Shown: positions 50,290-63,465 of the stretch, piece by piece
How positions within the stretch are numbered: position 1 is the first letter of the stretch
Layout: each line of letters starts with the position of its first letter
NCBI GenBank assembly: GCA_051530055.1
Contig: CM121343.1
Coordinates: 4,620,389 to 4,684,388 of the forward strand
Direction: 5' to 3'
Origin: Neoechinorhynchus agilis
Taxonomy: Eukaryota; Animalia; Acanthocephala
Length of the DNA: 64,000 bases
Position numbers and translations under genes: made by a program
Notes under the pieces: generated by a model
The model's input: only the letters and a program-made list of their open reading frames with translations
Told to the model about the DNA's origin: nothing
Databases searched by the model: none

Positions 50290-51413
50290 TGTGGATCTTC
50301 ACATTTCCATTTGTTGTAGGAAAGTGACGCTGATTGCATACGATCCAAGAAGCCAATTAAACCTGAAGCATGGGTCGTTGAGGTACAACTAGACTAAGGG
50401 TATTTTTAGTTGCCAAGAGATCATTGATCTTCTTCTAACTAGTCTTCGCTCGATTCGACTCGAGATAAAGCGCTCATTTGGCGCATCATCATTGTATACA
50501 AGATTTTGACAAACATTTTTGGGTTTGAACTTTCGGGCCAAGATCAGCCCTGTTGACTTTGCATTGACCACGTTGTTGCAATTAAAACAAGCCAGTAATA
50601 AGGACGATAAAAGGGTCGAAATACTGCGAAAACATTTTTAAACTCGGGCAAGTCGCAAATCTCAAGAAATGTGGTCCCAGCAACCAAAATTTCATAATCG
50701 TAGATTACGCGTCCTTGGTGCCGGGGGGTGCAGTGTCCGCGGCGGAAAAGAAGGCGGCAAAATGTCTTGGGGGGGGACTATTCGACGAATTGAGCCGTTC
50801 AGCGACGGAAGCGATCACAGGAGTAAGAATTTCCTCGCGCAGATAAGGGACGCTACCGTGGGCATGGCCTCGGCCTGCGATTAATGCTGCGAGTATAATT
50901 AAATTAATGAATAGATTAATCTTAAAAAACTAGGGATTTTATAGAATTCCGCCAAGATGCCATGGGCAAACGACGAACTATTGGCTTTAGGAAGACTTGC
51001 TGGCTTAGCATTTTGAAGAAAACTAACCATATTTCAAGATGAAAGTTTGTATGAAACCGGGCACGTACATTTTGGCGTTGTCGATGTAGTTTATTATATA
51101 GATGAAACCCTTTGAGATTTCTTTACGAAGCATTGTGCCTGTGAGATAACTTACAGGTTTTTGATTGTGATCGTCAGGAATAAGCATTAATTCCATTTCG
51201 TAGTCCTCCACTCGTGTCCTTTTGACGTTGGCGTCGTACGCTATTTTGTCTAAATAAGCATTTAGTTGTTATTCACGGAACAATCTCGTATCGATCAGGC
51301 TTTTTAGCAACTGATTATTATAAATAATCTTAAAACCAAGAAAATTGTTTTGTTGCCAAGTTTTTAGTTGACACTTGGGCAAGCTGTTGTTGTGATAAAG
51401 AAATAGAAAATTT

Positions 51414-51513
51414 TCATTTTTGAGCTTTGGCCGTCTTACGGCTTCCTATAGAATTGTTGTGCAAGTTAACTTGCAACTGAGGAAGCCTTAAGACGGCCAA
51501 AGCTCGAAAATGA
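51414..51513. repeat. 100-bp foldback: 34-bp inverted arms with 2 differences and a 16-bp perfect palindrome in the loop
   Basis: TCATTTTTGAGCTTTGGCCGTCTTACGGCTTCCT (51414-51447) versus the reverse complement of 51480-51513; the loop contains TGCAAGTTAACTTGCA. Confidence 0.9.
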
Positions 51514-52537
51514 CTACGGCAGCCTAGTGTTTCACAAAATTTTGTTGGTGTAAAAGGAGTTTTAAATACAAACAACCAATGGAAATCTATTTCCTTATTT
51601 TCAATGGTCGATACACGCAAATCTCGCATTTAAATGCAATATCGGCACAGTTTATGTCTGGAACGGTTTAATCCCCTATTCGGGGAAGCAAAATCACTAA
51701 TCTTTAATTCGTCTAACAAGCTTTTAAAGCAAAATATTCATTGAGCAGGACACAATTACTACCAAATTCACTTTAACCGATCTGGTAGGCGAAAAAAGAA
51801 CATCGATCCAATGGCATATTTAATTCCATCTCGAGGATATAGGTGAGACGCTGGGATATGTTCAAAAATAAGATATTTGTGTATTAGTTACTTTTAAAAT
51901 CATTCTTATTTCAACGGAAAAATTAGAAAGATGCAATGTGCACAAAGAATTTCGATAATGTCGATATGTGAAGTACCGGGGAATGTGATTGGAATTATTG
52001 TTTAGAAGTCTACACCCGCGTAAATGATTATTTATTAAAGATGTTCTGCGAGCCTCATCGTCAGTTTGATTGTTAGTAAAATACGCTAACCCGACGTGGT
52101 TTGAAATATCTTTAATAAATAATCATTTACCGGGTGAAGACCTAAACAACAATTCTAATTTGGATAAAGATTTTAATCTCAATTTAAACATGACAAAACC
52201 GGGCCCATGAAACGTTTACTCTGATCTTCGTCTTTAATATGATTATTGCTTTAAATAAAGATATATCAGTGATCTTCGGTGACCTTGGACGCAAAACAGT
52301 GCGATTTTCGGCCTTGAAATAAAAGGACCTTTTTTTCATACCTTTAAATGGAATCCATTTATCGCGGTCGATACCTTTTGCTTTATAACACGATATCAAT
52401 TTCCCTTGTTCTGATCGATAGGACCAACTACGTCTTGCGAAAAGATACTCTCGGCATTCCAATGGATTCTATGAGCAAGATCACACACAAACGCATATAT
52501 ACACGGAACTTATTGTTATTCCTGTAGGATAACTTGC

Positions 52538-53344
52538 TGAAGGTATAATTTCCCCCCTCAGTTATTTTGTCAAGTACTATTCTTGAATAGAATTTACATA
52601 CCATGAAGTCTTTTATGGCGGCGCTAATATTTCGGATTTTAATCAAATCCATCTTTAGGGAAGCAGTAAAAACATACACTAACAGTATTTTATCTTTAAC
52701 ACGAAAGCATTATAAAACTATGATGTCCAGTACGTCTTACAGTTGATTGTACAATCTGAGAACACTGAACATCTCATTATATTTGACGTTGATTGAGGGT
52801 CTGTCATGACGGTTGATCATTGCCTCAGCCATTCTAAGTCCTGCGGTCTCATTGTCCCTATCCAAGTCCTCTTCTTTGTGAATCAACAACAAATAAAACG
52901 TGTTATTATTAGTGATAACGGAGTCTACACGCATTTCCTTTACTCCCTTCAAATACAAAAGGGCGGTAATGGATGATAGTTTCCTAGAAGATAAAAGGAT
53001 AATTGAATTTAAGATCTTCTAAAAGGACAATGAGACCGCAGGACTTAGAATGGCTGAGGCAATGATCAACCGTCATGACAGACCCTCAATCAACGTCAAA
53101 TATAATGAGATGTTCAGTGTTCTCAGATTGTACAATCAACTGTAAGACGTACTGGACATCATAGTTTTATAATGCTTTCGTGTTAAAGATAAAATACTGT
53201 TAGTGTATGTTTTTACTGCTTCCCTAAAGATGGATTTGATTAAAATCCGAAATATTAGCGCCGCCATAAAAGACTTCATGGTATGTAAATTCTATTCAAG
53301 AATAGTACTTGACAAAATAACTGAGGGGGGAAATTATACCTTCA
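52538..53344. mobile_element. Head-to-head inverted PLE 3' ends (second family): 320-bp arms at 52538-52857 and 53025-53344, 167-bp spacer
   Basis: The arms are reverse complements. Each encodes a GIY-YIG C-terminus (DNETAGLRMAEAMINRHDRPSINVKYNEMFSVLRLYNQL*) followed by a pLTR tail. Confidence 0.85.
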
Positions 53345-55288
53345 ATAAGCTTATTAAGAAATTAAAGTCACTTACTGGATAACTGCAAATCCAATGAACA
53401 ATGTCATCTCCATCGTCACTAGATCCAACGATGTTAAGACTCAAGGCGTTTGCATCCCACGACTTCCGGTATTGGAGATCGCACTGTACCATAAAAAACA
53501 TATGAGAGCTCACTTCTTCAAATCTACCAATCACTGCAAAATATCGACAATTTTAACTTCATTACAGAGAAATCGAGACCGAACAAACCAGCATATTGCA
53601 TTGTGTGCCTTGAATGGTTGTATTTCTGAAGAACAATTGCGACTTTGGTTTCAATCACGACGTTGTATTTAAGGCCAATCAATTTCCTCTTTAAGTTCAC
53701 GAGCGATGAGCATTCGTCAAATTTATTTGCCAGGTCCAATAGCGAAAGTCCTGAGGTTTCGACACTTCGTTGTCCGTCGTCATTATTTTGACCATTTACA
53801 ACAGGAACCAGCATTATCAGAAGCGGATTTAAAGAAAATTTAAAAAACAATACTGCACGTTTGTGATCCAGCGCAAATCGAACTTTTTCAAAATCCAATC
53901 TTTTTCGGGATATCAGCTTCCGGCCAATATTGAAAGCTCGGAAAGTTAACCGTGTCATTATCACTCTTAAAATGATTGGTGATTTTGAAAATTTACTTAT
54001 TGTAAGAAATAGCGCTATTTTCTGAAAAGAAATATCGATAGTTTCTTATTCGGCTTTTGTGCTGGTTGGATGCTTTTTTTGCGGTATCTCATTCGGCGGT
54101 CGTTAAGAATGAAGAAAGTTTTATCCTTCATTAATTTGAATTCTGCGCAAGCTAACATTGATTAAACTTTAAAGGTCTTTTATTCCGGACTGGCTGTTTT
54201 TTCCATCGTTGCTCGGAAGATATGAAGAATGTGTAATCAGTATTCTATAATTGGTCGAAAACTGAGCAAGATTAAACCATTCGAACTTTTACCAATTCAG
54301 AAATCGCTTCCTGCCACCTTAGAGCACTCTGTGGTCTTCGATTTCATTTGATTAAATGTTGTCGCGGCGTTGAGTCTTTTTTATAAACCTGAATGTCGTT
54401 CTAACTGAATAATTGATCGGTCCGAACGTCCTCATCGCCCATAAAGTAAATTTGTAAAAACTGCGGCGATTTATCTGGACGAAATAGCGACGATGCTGCG
54501 GTACGCCTACTCCTTCATTTTTTAATGGTGCATGGATCGATGTGAATGAATGTGGTAACGAATAAACTGACGATGAACCCGGCGGGTCTTTAATAAAATA
54601 ACCTTCACCGGGCGAAGACGTCTAGGCAACACACTTCCAGGAATTGTATCGTCCTACGTTCCGTAGGAAGTTATTTGATTCTGGAGCACTTGCAGGCATG
54701 AGTCCATTAAGTTCCCGTGGTCGCGTGCAATTTCTAATGGTCAGAATTCCACGAGCTTCGATGAAATGGATTTTGTTCAAGCACAATCGAACTTAAAGGA
54801 TAAAATTATTAAACAAGAAACGGTAAAACATAAATTGTAGCAATGAAGTGGGCACTTGTTGAAAATAATTATCATTACGTCATATTAAGTTTGAAATACT
54901 TAAACAGATTTTTCAGAAATCTTAGGGAGTTTTTAACTGTATTTAATCTTTAGGTTTCAAATACCGTTAATCCTAAAGAAAGACCAAGAGTGTTGCCCAG
55001 TATTTTTTAGCGTTTTATGGTTATAAATTGTGGACATCGTAGGCCATTTACATAGTCTTGCGAGTATAATTCTTAAGTATTGTCCATTCCGTTTGGTACC
55101 GGCATTGCCATTGAGAAATGAGATGGCAAGGGAAACGAAAATGCTCAAATGGATTAGCTTATGTGATGAGCTTGTTTCCCAAATCCTTGAACACTTAAAT
55201 TTTTCAAAGGGATCTTTATTCGATTTTAAGTTATCGATACATCGTTTATCAGTTGTTGGTTGTCATTTGGATCAAAATTTGGCAAAAA

Positions 55289-56410
55289 TTTTACAGTCGG
55301 ATGCCCTTCCTGACGCCAACTCTCCTCCTCTTTCAGCCGGGCTGGGGACCGTCATTGGTATATGAAAGGCTTCTAAACAGTAGACTGAGAGAAGAGATCC
55401 GCATCGAAGAACATTAAGGAGGTTTTATGCCAGGGCGGAGCACAATAGAAGCGAGCTTTCTAATCAGACAATTGTACGAGAGATACAATAAAAAACAGAA
55501 GCCGCTACACAGTGCATTAAGAAGAACTGTCCCGAAAAATACATAAGAGTAATCCAGATCATGTACGAAGGACCCTGCACTTGTATCAGATGCAGTGTGA
55601 GAGAGGCAAACTATTTTGTGGTTGCAGTTGGATTGCATCCGGGATCAGCTCTCAGTCCGTCCTAAGTCGCCCGGAAGCCTCCATGGACATTATTGTTCGC
55701 GGATGACTTGATTGTGGCAGCTAAAACATGTGAAGAGGCTCAGTGAAGTCTGGAAGGGTGGCGTGAGGCATTGGAAGCCAACGGTCTTAAGGTAAACAGA
55801 TTGAAGACGATATACATGGGACCGGGAGCGCTAAAGTTAGAAGGTGTGGATTTGACGATGAGAGGAACAGTGAAATATCTAGGCAGCGAAGTAAATATGA
55901 CAAATTCCCTCGAACCCGAAATAGCTGCTCGTATACAATGCGTGCGGCTCAACTGGAGGAAGATGTCTAGTGTACTATCGGACAAAGGGATCTCACCAAA
56001 ACTGAAAGGGTGGGTGTTCGAGACCGTAGTACGACCAGCCATTTTATATGGCGCAAACTTGGACGACCAAGCAAAACGACCTCAGAAGATTAGAAACGAA
56101 CGAGATGAGGATGCTGAGATGGGTAGCAGGGTACACTCTCAAGGATAAGAAAAGAAATGTAGACATCAGGGAACTGTTCGGCACTTGCCGTTGTTCAGAG
56201 TTGATCGTCCAAAGAAGGTTGCGCTAACACGATAAAGTTTCGAAGTGCGAAGCAGATCACATACTGCGCAGCACGGAGAGATTGGAAATAACGGAAATCG
56301 CCGACGAGGAAGGCGGAGGAAACGATGGGTGAATTGCATCAGACAGGATAAATTGGTTGTCGAGGGAACCGCAACTTCGAGAGAGAGAAAAATGCGTGAG
56401 TGAGAAGAAG
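55289..56410 (+). mobile_element. Degenerate RTE-clade non-LTR retrotransposon RT remnant, preceded by a motif common in RTE/SINE sequences
   Basis: GFMPGRSTIEA.FLIRQL, VGLHPGSALSP, LLFADDL, GLKVNRLKT, KYLGS, VRPAILYGA and an RRGRRRKRW-like tail, with stops and frameshifts. GGATGCCCTTCCTGACGCCAAC at ~55299. Confidence 0.88.
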
Positions 56411-56651
56411 ACACGTCGTTTATCGAAGAATTTTTTAGACTCAATAGATTTTATATTACATAACTTTCGACAAAATTTCAAAGTTTGTTCTCGTCAAAAT
56501 AAATCGAGCTCTTTGTCATTACCTGGTTTCTGGTAATTTTAAAATTAATGTTACATTTGCCAGTGAAAATCAAAATATTAGTCACGATACCTCTTCATAA
56601 AATATAATAATTCAATTGGTCCAAAGTTAAAAACCACAACTAGCAGAGCTT

Positions 56652-56920
56652 GTACATTCCGTAGTTGTGCTGAGGTGGTCAAGTTGACTAAATCTCCTGA
56701 TCATAGTTTGTTGGGTCAACGGGTTTGAATCCGTTACTGCTAATGACACACACAACCAAAGGGAACGAAATACCTCGATGAAGGGAAGAGGAAATTCACT
56801 GATGAGCCCCGCCTCCCCGGGTGGTATCTGAGAATCCGGAGGGATGTACAAACTTATAACCGTACGGTCTTGGGGCATTGAGCGCAGACCAGCGCTTCCC
56901 AGACCGAAATCGGTGGACTG
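56652..56920 (+). mobile_element. tRNA-derived SINE-like element (family A), second copy
   Basis: Closely similar to 5605-5875, including the A and B boxes. Confidence 0.7.
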
Positions 56921-57609
56921 TGTGCCCAAAGGAGGAAAATTGTCATCCGTGAAAAAGGCCACACATAGACACTGAATAAAAGTTACCGGCTGGCCAGACT
57001 TCAAAAGATCAAAAATAATAGTGATTTGGGGAATTTGTCGGTATAATCATGCGCACAGGTAAATCCTTTCATCAAATAAATTCCGAATTCTCGAAATTTT
57101 TATTGTTTGGCTGAGCAAAAAGATGACCTTGAAAATTAGTCATTCCTACCGGTTGTGCGGATAATGAAAATTGTTCAATTTAGTAGATTCCTTTCAGCGA
57201 TCCATGGAATAGTATCCGAATACTCGTTGGGTTTCACGGGCACAATATGCGACGGAATCAATTACAGGTATATTTTTCAATGTTTATAAAATACTAGAAG
57301 CCTCGTTTATATGATAACAGAATCATAATACTTGTGAACGCTATAGATTGAACGATTGGTGGCACCTTCTTCGCCTGGAAACGAGACAGTGCGCGATTAG
57401 ACTTATCGACTAAACTTAAATGCGCTTACTAAACTCTCTGAAATAGCAGAATGAAAGATTGGACGTGGAGAATACAAAACAACTTGCAAGCCTAAGTCCC
57501 GCCTAGGAATGTCTGTATTCAAATTCCAATTATAGCACAGTCCTACAATTAGACCTAGAATTCATTTGTGGTAAAATAATTACTCTTATTATTTGATCAA
57601 ATATAGATC

Positions 57610-59478
57610 TTAAACCCCATTGCCGTTGTTATAGGCGATCATCGCATCTAGATCTCTTTTGATGCTATCAATTATAATATCGATATTATTGATTGAGCTA
57701 TCAATGGTCGGCTGAAATTCTAATTGCGTGTTCCCATTAGGTGATGCGTTTACATCCTCATAACTTAAACCTGAGTTCCATGATTGTAGGTTCAAACGCC
57801 GTTGATTTTTAAGCACCGGGCATCCACGTCGCCTCAGTTGTTTTAATAGCGATGTGAAAATTACTTGATGTCCCAATTTTGTAATGCCGATGTCGTCCAT
57901 ATCTTCCTCCGATATCGTTAAGAGATCATTAACTGATCTGTATCCTTGTTCGACGAGGGTATCATGATACAGTGAAAGATTCACGTGATCAAGCAACTGC
58001 CTGATGCGCTTAGTTAAAGAAATAGTGAACATTCCAAAAAGAAATTTGGCATACCCGCGTGTGAGGTAGAGATTGAAAAAATGATCCTCTATTGAGTCCT
58101 AAAATCGCATTCCGAAGAATTCGGCGATGAATAGGATTTGTGATTCCGATCGCAATCATGTGCTTAAATGATGCAAATCAACTAGAGATTAGTAGCTGTT
58201 TGAACAATTACGTAAAATAAAAATGGGTGACACTAGAGGATACAACTAGATACACTTAAAATATGAAATATTTCCCTAATTAGTGTTTTTAAACCCACAT
58301 CTTATCCGAACATGATGATTTAACCCAAATAATGCTCGCATTTTCCACTGAGTTCATCAAAGGTATTTTTGGTTTGTTTCTATGTGTATTTGTTAAAGAA
58401 ATCGAAGAAGTTTCGGGTTAATACATTAATTTATTAGCATAATTTTTTAGCATAAACATGTATATTTTTGTGATTTTAGGCTATAAAAATGATGATTGAT
58501 TTGTAACGAACACTTGATGCCGTTTTCCGTACATAAATTAGCATTATGCTTAATTTTAACTACAGACAACGTCTTTTAAAGAATTCTGCAATTATATGCA
58601 ATCATGTGGGAATTTGTGCTCGAAAATCGTAACTAACGACAAAAAGTGCTCAGACTCTACCTTTTTCGAACAACGTGTCCTCATTTCGTGCTTAGAGCTA
58701 CTGAGTTCAAGGTCGATGAGTTTTTATCCCGAAGTGCGAATAAATTGACTTTCGGCAGAGCATACTTTAAGTTGTTCAAAAAAAACGCAGCTTTGCAACT
58801 TACTTGAGGTGTTAAAGTATGCACGAGGTTCATATCGATGCCATGTTCAATGAAAACATCGATGTACTCATTGAGTTGACAGCTAGATAGGAAGTCTTGG
58901 ATGGTAAACCGGTTCAGATTAAAGGTCTGAAACATATTGGGATCGTTGCTAGATGACATTCCAGATTCGGAATTCGTGAGCGAAGTTGATGTGGACAAAC
59001 CACCTGAATCCATTCCGGCGTACCGCCCTTCGTTTAGCGGTTTTACATCAAGGTATTGGTAGTTCATGTTCGAAATGCTCCCAACGCTGCTGGCGACAGG
59101 AACCAAAATATCACGATTTGAAGTTGAAAGTACATATTGAATAAATCCACGTTCATCAGGACGACGACTGATCATCGTATTCAGAGCAAATTCATTCGAC
59201 GTGTTGGTCACAGGAAATGAAGTCGATCTGCAGTCCGCATTGGTAATAAGACTGAACCTTCGTTTATAGAAGGGCAAAACGTCAGAACGGCAATTCACTG
59301 GTTTTTTTTGATTATTGCGCAGTTTGTTCGTTAAGTTCACGAATTCCTGATTAGGACACAGTAAAGCAGTCTTATTTTTTGAATCCTTTCGATATCTGGT
59401 TAGAAAATCTGTGAAGATCTGAACACTTGTCCAAATTGATCCTGGAAATCTTTTGCGTGATTTTTCCGCTGACAACAT
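57610..59478 (-). CDS. CASKIN: Caskin-like tandem-SAM protein, partial; upstream and downstream exons unresolved
   Basis: SAM1 IQDFLSSCQLNEYIDVFIEHGIDMNLVHTLTPQ|HMIAIGITNPIHRR is completed by a small exon at ~58170-58058. After a 46-nt intron comes SAM2 GYRSVNDLLTISEEDMDDIGITKLGHQ, like Caskin EDLQEIGITKLGHQ. Confidence 0.7.
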
Positions 59479-59739
59479 TCCAACAATACACCAGTTTATA
59501 TGATATCGGTTTTTCGTTTATACGTATTTGATCGATTATAACACAAATTGTGTGTAGGTTATTAATATGAAGAAATATAGAGTTCGATGAGTTGAAAGTC
59601 TAAAGAAAAAATTCACATTTTCGCAAGCTCGGTTGTATACTGCAAATAATTCCATAATACCAGAGACAACGATATGTAATGCGTTTTACAAATGATACAA
59701 CGGACTCTGTAGATGTGAATGATATTCTCAGGGCATCGC

Positions 59740-61715
59740 AACTAGAAATGCAGGAAACGTTTTAATGACCATTGAAGATTTACATTTCTAAACCACGAAG
59801 TCTCAAAAAATCGGATAAAGATTAAAAAGTGGTTCAGATCCGAAAAAAGACGCTATTATTTTGCTTTTCGAAAAAAAACGGTTGAAATTCTTGTGATGTT
59901 TCCAAGGCACATAGACTAAACATGACACGAAGCGTCTTATGGACCATTGAAGATTTACATTTCTAAACCACGAAGTCTCAAACGATCGGATAAAGATACA
60001 AAAATAGTTTAGATCCGAAAAAAGCGGTTATTATTTTGTTTTTCGCAAAATAAAACGGTTGAAATTCTTGTGATATTCTCAAGGCACAGACTAAACGTGA
60101 CAGGAAGCGTCTTATGGACCATTGAAGATTTACATTTCTAAACCACGAAGTCTCAAAGCATCGGATAAGGATACAAAAAGAGTTTAGATCCGGAAAAAGC
60201 GGTTATTATTTTGTTTATCGCAAAATAAAACGGTTGAAATTCTTGTGATATTCTCAAGGCACATAGACTAAACATGACAGGAAACGTCTTATGGACCATT
60301 GAAGATTTACATTTCTAAACCACGAAGTCTCAAACGATCGGATAAAGAAACAAAAATAGTTTAGATCCGAAAAAAGCGGTTATTATTTTGTTTTTCGCAA
60401 GATAAAACGGTTGAAATTCTTGTGATATTCTCAAGGCACAGACTAAACGTGACAGGAAGCGTCTTATGGACCATTGAAGATTTACATTTCTAAACCACGA
60501 AGTCTCAAAGCATCGGATAAGGATACAAAAAGAGTTTAGATCCGGAAAAAACGGTTATTATTTTGTTTATCGCAAAATAAAACGGTTGAAATTCTTGTGA
60601 TATTCTCAAGGCACAGACTAAACGTGACAGGAAACGTCTTATGGACCATTGAAGATTTACATTTCTAAACCACGAAGTCTCAAACGATCGGATAAAGATA
60701 CAAAAATAGTTTAGATCCGGAAAAAACGGCTATTATTTGGTTTTTCGAAAAATAAAACGGTTGAAATTGTTGTAATATTCTCAAGGCACAGAATGAACAT
60801 GACATGAAACGTTTTATGGACAATTGAAGATTTACATTTCTAAACCACGAAGTCTCAAAGCATCGGATAAAGATACAAAAATAGTTTAGATCCGAAAAAA
60901 GCGGTTATTATTTTGTTTATCGCAAAATAAAACGGTTGAAATTCTTGTGATATTCTCAAGACACATAGAATAAACATGACAGGAAGCGTCTTATGGACCA
61001 TTGAAGATTTACATTTCTAAGCCCCGTAGTCTCAAACGATCGGATAAGGATACAAAAAGAGTTTAGATCCGAAAAAAGTTATTATTTTGTTTTTCGCAAG
61101 ATAAAACGGTTGAAATTCTTGTGATATTCCCAAGGCACAGACTAAACGTGACCGGAAACGTCTTATGGACCATTGAAGATTTACATTTCTAAACCACGAA
61201 GTCTCAAAGCATCGGATAAGGATAAAAAATAGTTTAGATCCGGAAAAAAGCGGTTATTATTTTGTTTATCGCAAAATAAAACGGTTGAAATTCTTGTGAT
61301 ATTCCCAAGGCACAGACTAAACGTGACCGGAAACGTCTTATGGACCATCGAAGATTTACATTTCTAAACCACGAAGTCTCAAAGCATCGGATAAAGATAC
61401 AAAAATAGTTTAGATCCGGAAAAAACGGCTATTATTTGGTTTTTCGAAAAATAAAACGGTTGAAATTGTTGTGATATTCTCAAGGCACATAGACTAAACA
61501 TGACAGGAAGCGTCTTATGGACCATTGAAGATTTGCATTTCTAAACCACGAAGTCTCAAAGCATCGGATAAGGATACAAAAAGAGTTTAGATCCGGAAAA
61601 AACGGTTATTATTTTGTTTTTCGCAAAATAAGACGGTAGTCCTGATATTCAAAGGCACAAAAACAAAACATTTCAAGAAACGGTTTCTGGACCATTGAAG
61701 ATTTATATTTTTTGA
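59740..61715. repeat. Tandem satellite, ~175-bp unit, ~11 copies, with degenerate edges
   Basis: The GACCATTGAAGATTT anchor (a few variant copies) occurs at 59767, 59942, 60117, 60294, 60469, 60644, 60819, 60996, 61168, 61343, 61520 and 61690. Confidence 0.97.
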
Positions 61716-62256
61716 TGCGTTGTATAGTCGAAAAAGACAAGAATTTCTATGAGATCCGAACAGGGTACTATGTTCGGCAATCAAAACGGTTCGATTGTTG
61801 CAATTCACTATGCGTGTTGATGATCTTTGACCCAGAATGGTGTTATAAACATTTCTGTTGCTTACATCCTCATTGTCGATTTCGTCTTCTCTGCGACACA
61901 TACATTTAGGTAACGGATGGCATATGGCGGTTCCATTTAGCTGGTCTATTGGCAGCTAGCTTACTGTGCCATATCTACTTTAGAATATTTCATGACTCCA
62001 TTGAATTTTTAATATTCCCGATTTGCACTTAATGCGAAGGTTTTTCTCAGAGCTGAAGAAATGACCATCTTTAAAGAATTTTTATTACATTTGCTCGCGT
62101 GTTCTTAGGAATTTTATAGATATATCATTATTGTTTAGGTCTACACCCTTTAAATGATTATTTTTTAAAGACGTTTCGAACCTCGTCGGGTAAAACAATA
62201 ATATCTATTTGAAGATTGGATGGTTTATATGGGTTGTTTTCCGACGACAAGATTAA

Positions 62257-62403
62257 AATGATTTTATTTTAAAATCCGATATTTCGGCACAATCTTGTAC
62301 GCCTTTATCAAGGTTGTTTTTTACTCGTATTTTTCTCGGAAAACAACCTTGATAAAGACGTACAAGATTGTGCCGAAATATCGGATTTTAAAATAAAATC
62401 ATT
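62257..62403. ncRNA. ORF-less palindrome of two head-to-head PLE pLTR fragments, each with a candidate minimal hammerhead ribozyme
   Basis: 64-bp arms (62257-62320 and 62340-62403) with 1 mismatch. Each reads CC-UUGAUAA-A-G(G/A)C..GCC-GAAA-UAUC-GG and matches the PLE tail at 6502-6570. Confidence 0.65.
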
Positions 62404-63465
62404 TCAATTTCTCCACCATAAAACGACGAACAATAATTTCGTCATAGTAGTTCAATTTTTTATTGCCCAAACGTTATATTTGTTATGCTTACAGCGGCTT
62501 TCGATTTTCATATTTAAGTGTAAAACTTAAATTGCTCAACAAATATTAACATGCTTTGTTTCAATAATCGAGAGGTGATGAAAAACAATGATGAAGCCTT
62601 TATTGTTTCGCCATTAGCGATCAAAATAAATTCGATTAATCGTACTGTTGTATTATCATAAATCTTTAAAGACAATGAAGATGTTTTTTCAAGGTTGTCA
62701 TTAATAATCTATTCGTTCTGTCTTATTTAATGTTGCACAATGCCAATATATTTTTTATAAAAGCGCAATTTAACTAATATGCGTTCCTACAATTTTGCTG
62801 ATAGTCTCAGATATCATTTTTCGGGCCGTACAAAATTACTCTTCGCGGGTATTAAGGTCTTCTTTAAATCGGCGTTAAGGCTCTAACAACACATTATTGT
62901 CATTTTATAGTATCCAATGAAGCTTACCTTAACAGATATAATACCACCTAATTTGGTTGCATTGAAACTTTTCAAGAAGAAATGAGCAGTTCAATAATAA
63001 CAATAGATAAAAATAATGTTTTATTGTGATTCGCAGTGAGTTAGTTCTTAAGACCAAATTAAAAATGTTATTGAGGCATAAATGAAATTAAATAAAGATC
63101 GAATGTGATTTAAAGTCGTCGCGATGACAATTAAATTTTCACTTTTATTAAAGATACCCAGCTTTGCATATAGAATGAACCTTAAAACTCGAGAAATTTC
63201 GTCTGCAAAACAATATAGAAATATTTACATCCATTCAGATAGAGACCATGCAATTCCAATCTAGGTGGAACTTTCACAACCGCCCATTGGTTAAAATTTT
63301 ATTTTAAAGTCTCGCGACTCATGTGGCATTTCTTGAAACGCTTTCGAATCCCAGCGCACAAGTAACAAGTTTTACAAAATACAAGAAACGCACTCACAGT
63401 TATGAACATCTTAGGCATATGCACGATAATTAAATAGCGCAACCATGCATTTGTTTCTAAAACGC

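Noticed and set aside
53345-55000. ORFs 53524-53964 and neighbours as a gene
   Set aside because: Possibly coding, but there is no recognisable motif or consistent exon chain, so no call is supportable.
56788-56920. Hammerhead in SINE A (CTGATGAG ... CCGAAATC)
   Set aside because: The two core halves are about 110 nt apart and do not flank one stem II; the other copy reads CTGTTGGG.
61587-61909. ORFs 61587-61901 (-) and 61712-61909 (+) as Caskin exons
   Set aside because: They largely overlap the degenerate end of the 175-bp satellite and show no recognisable domain.
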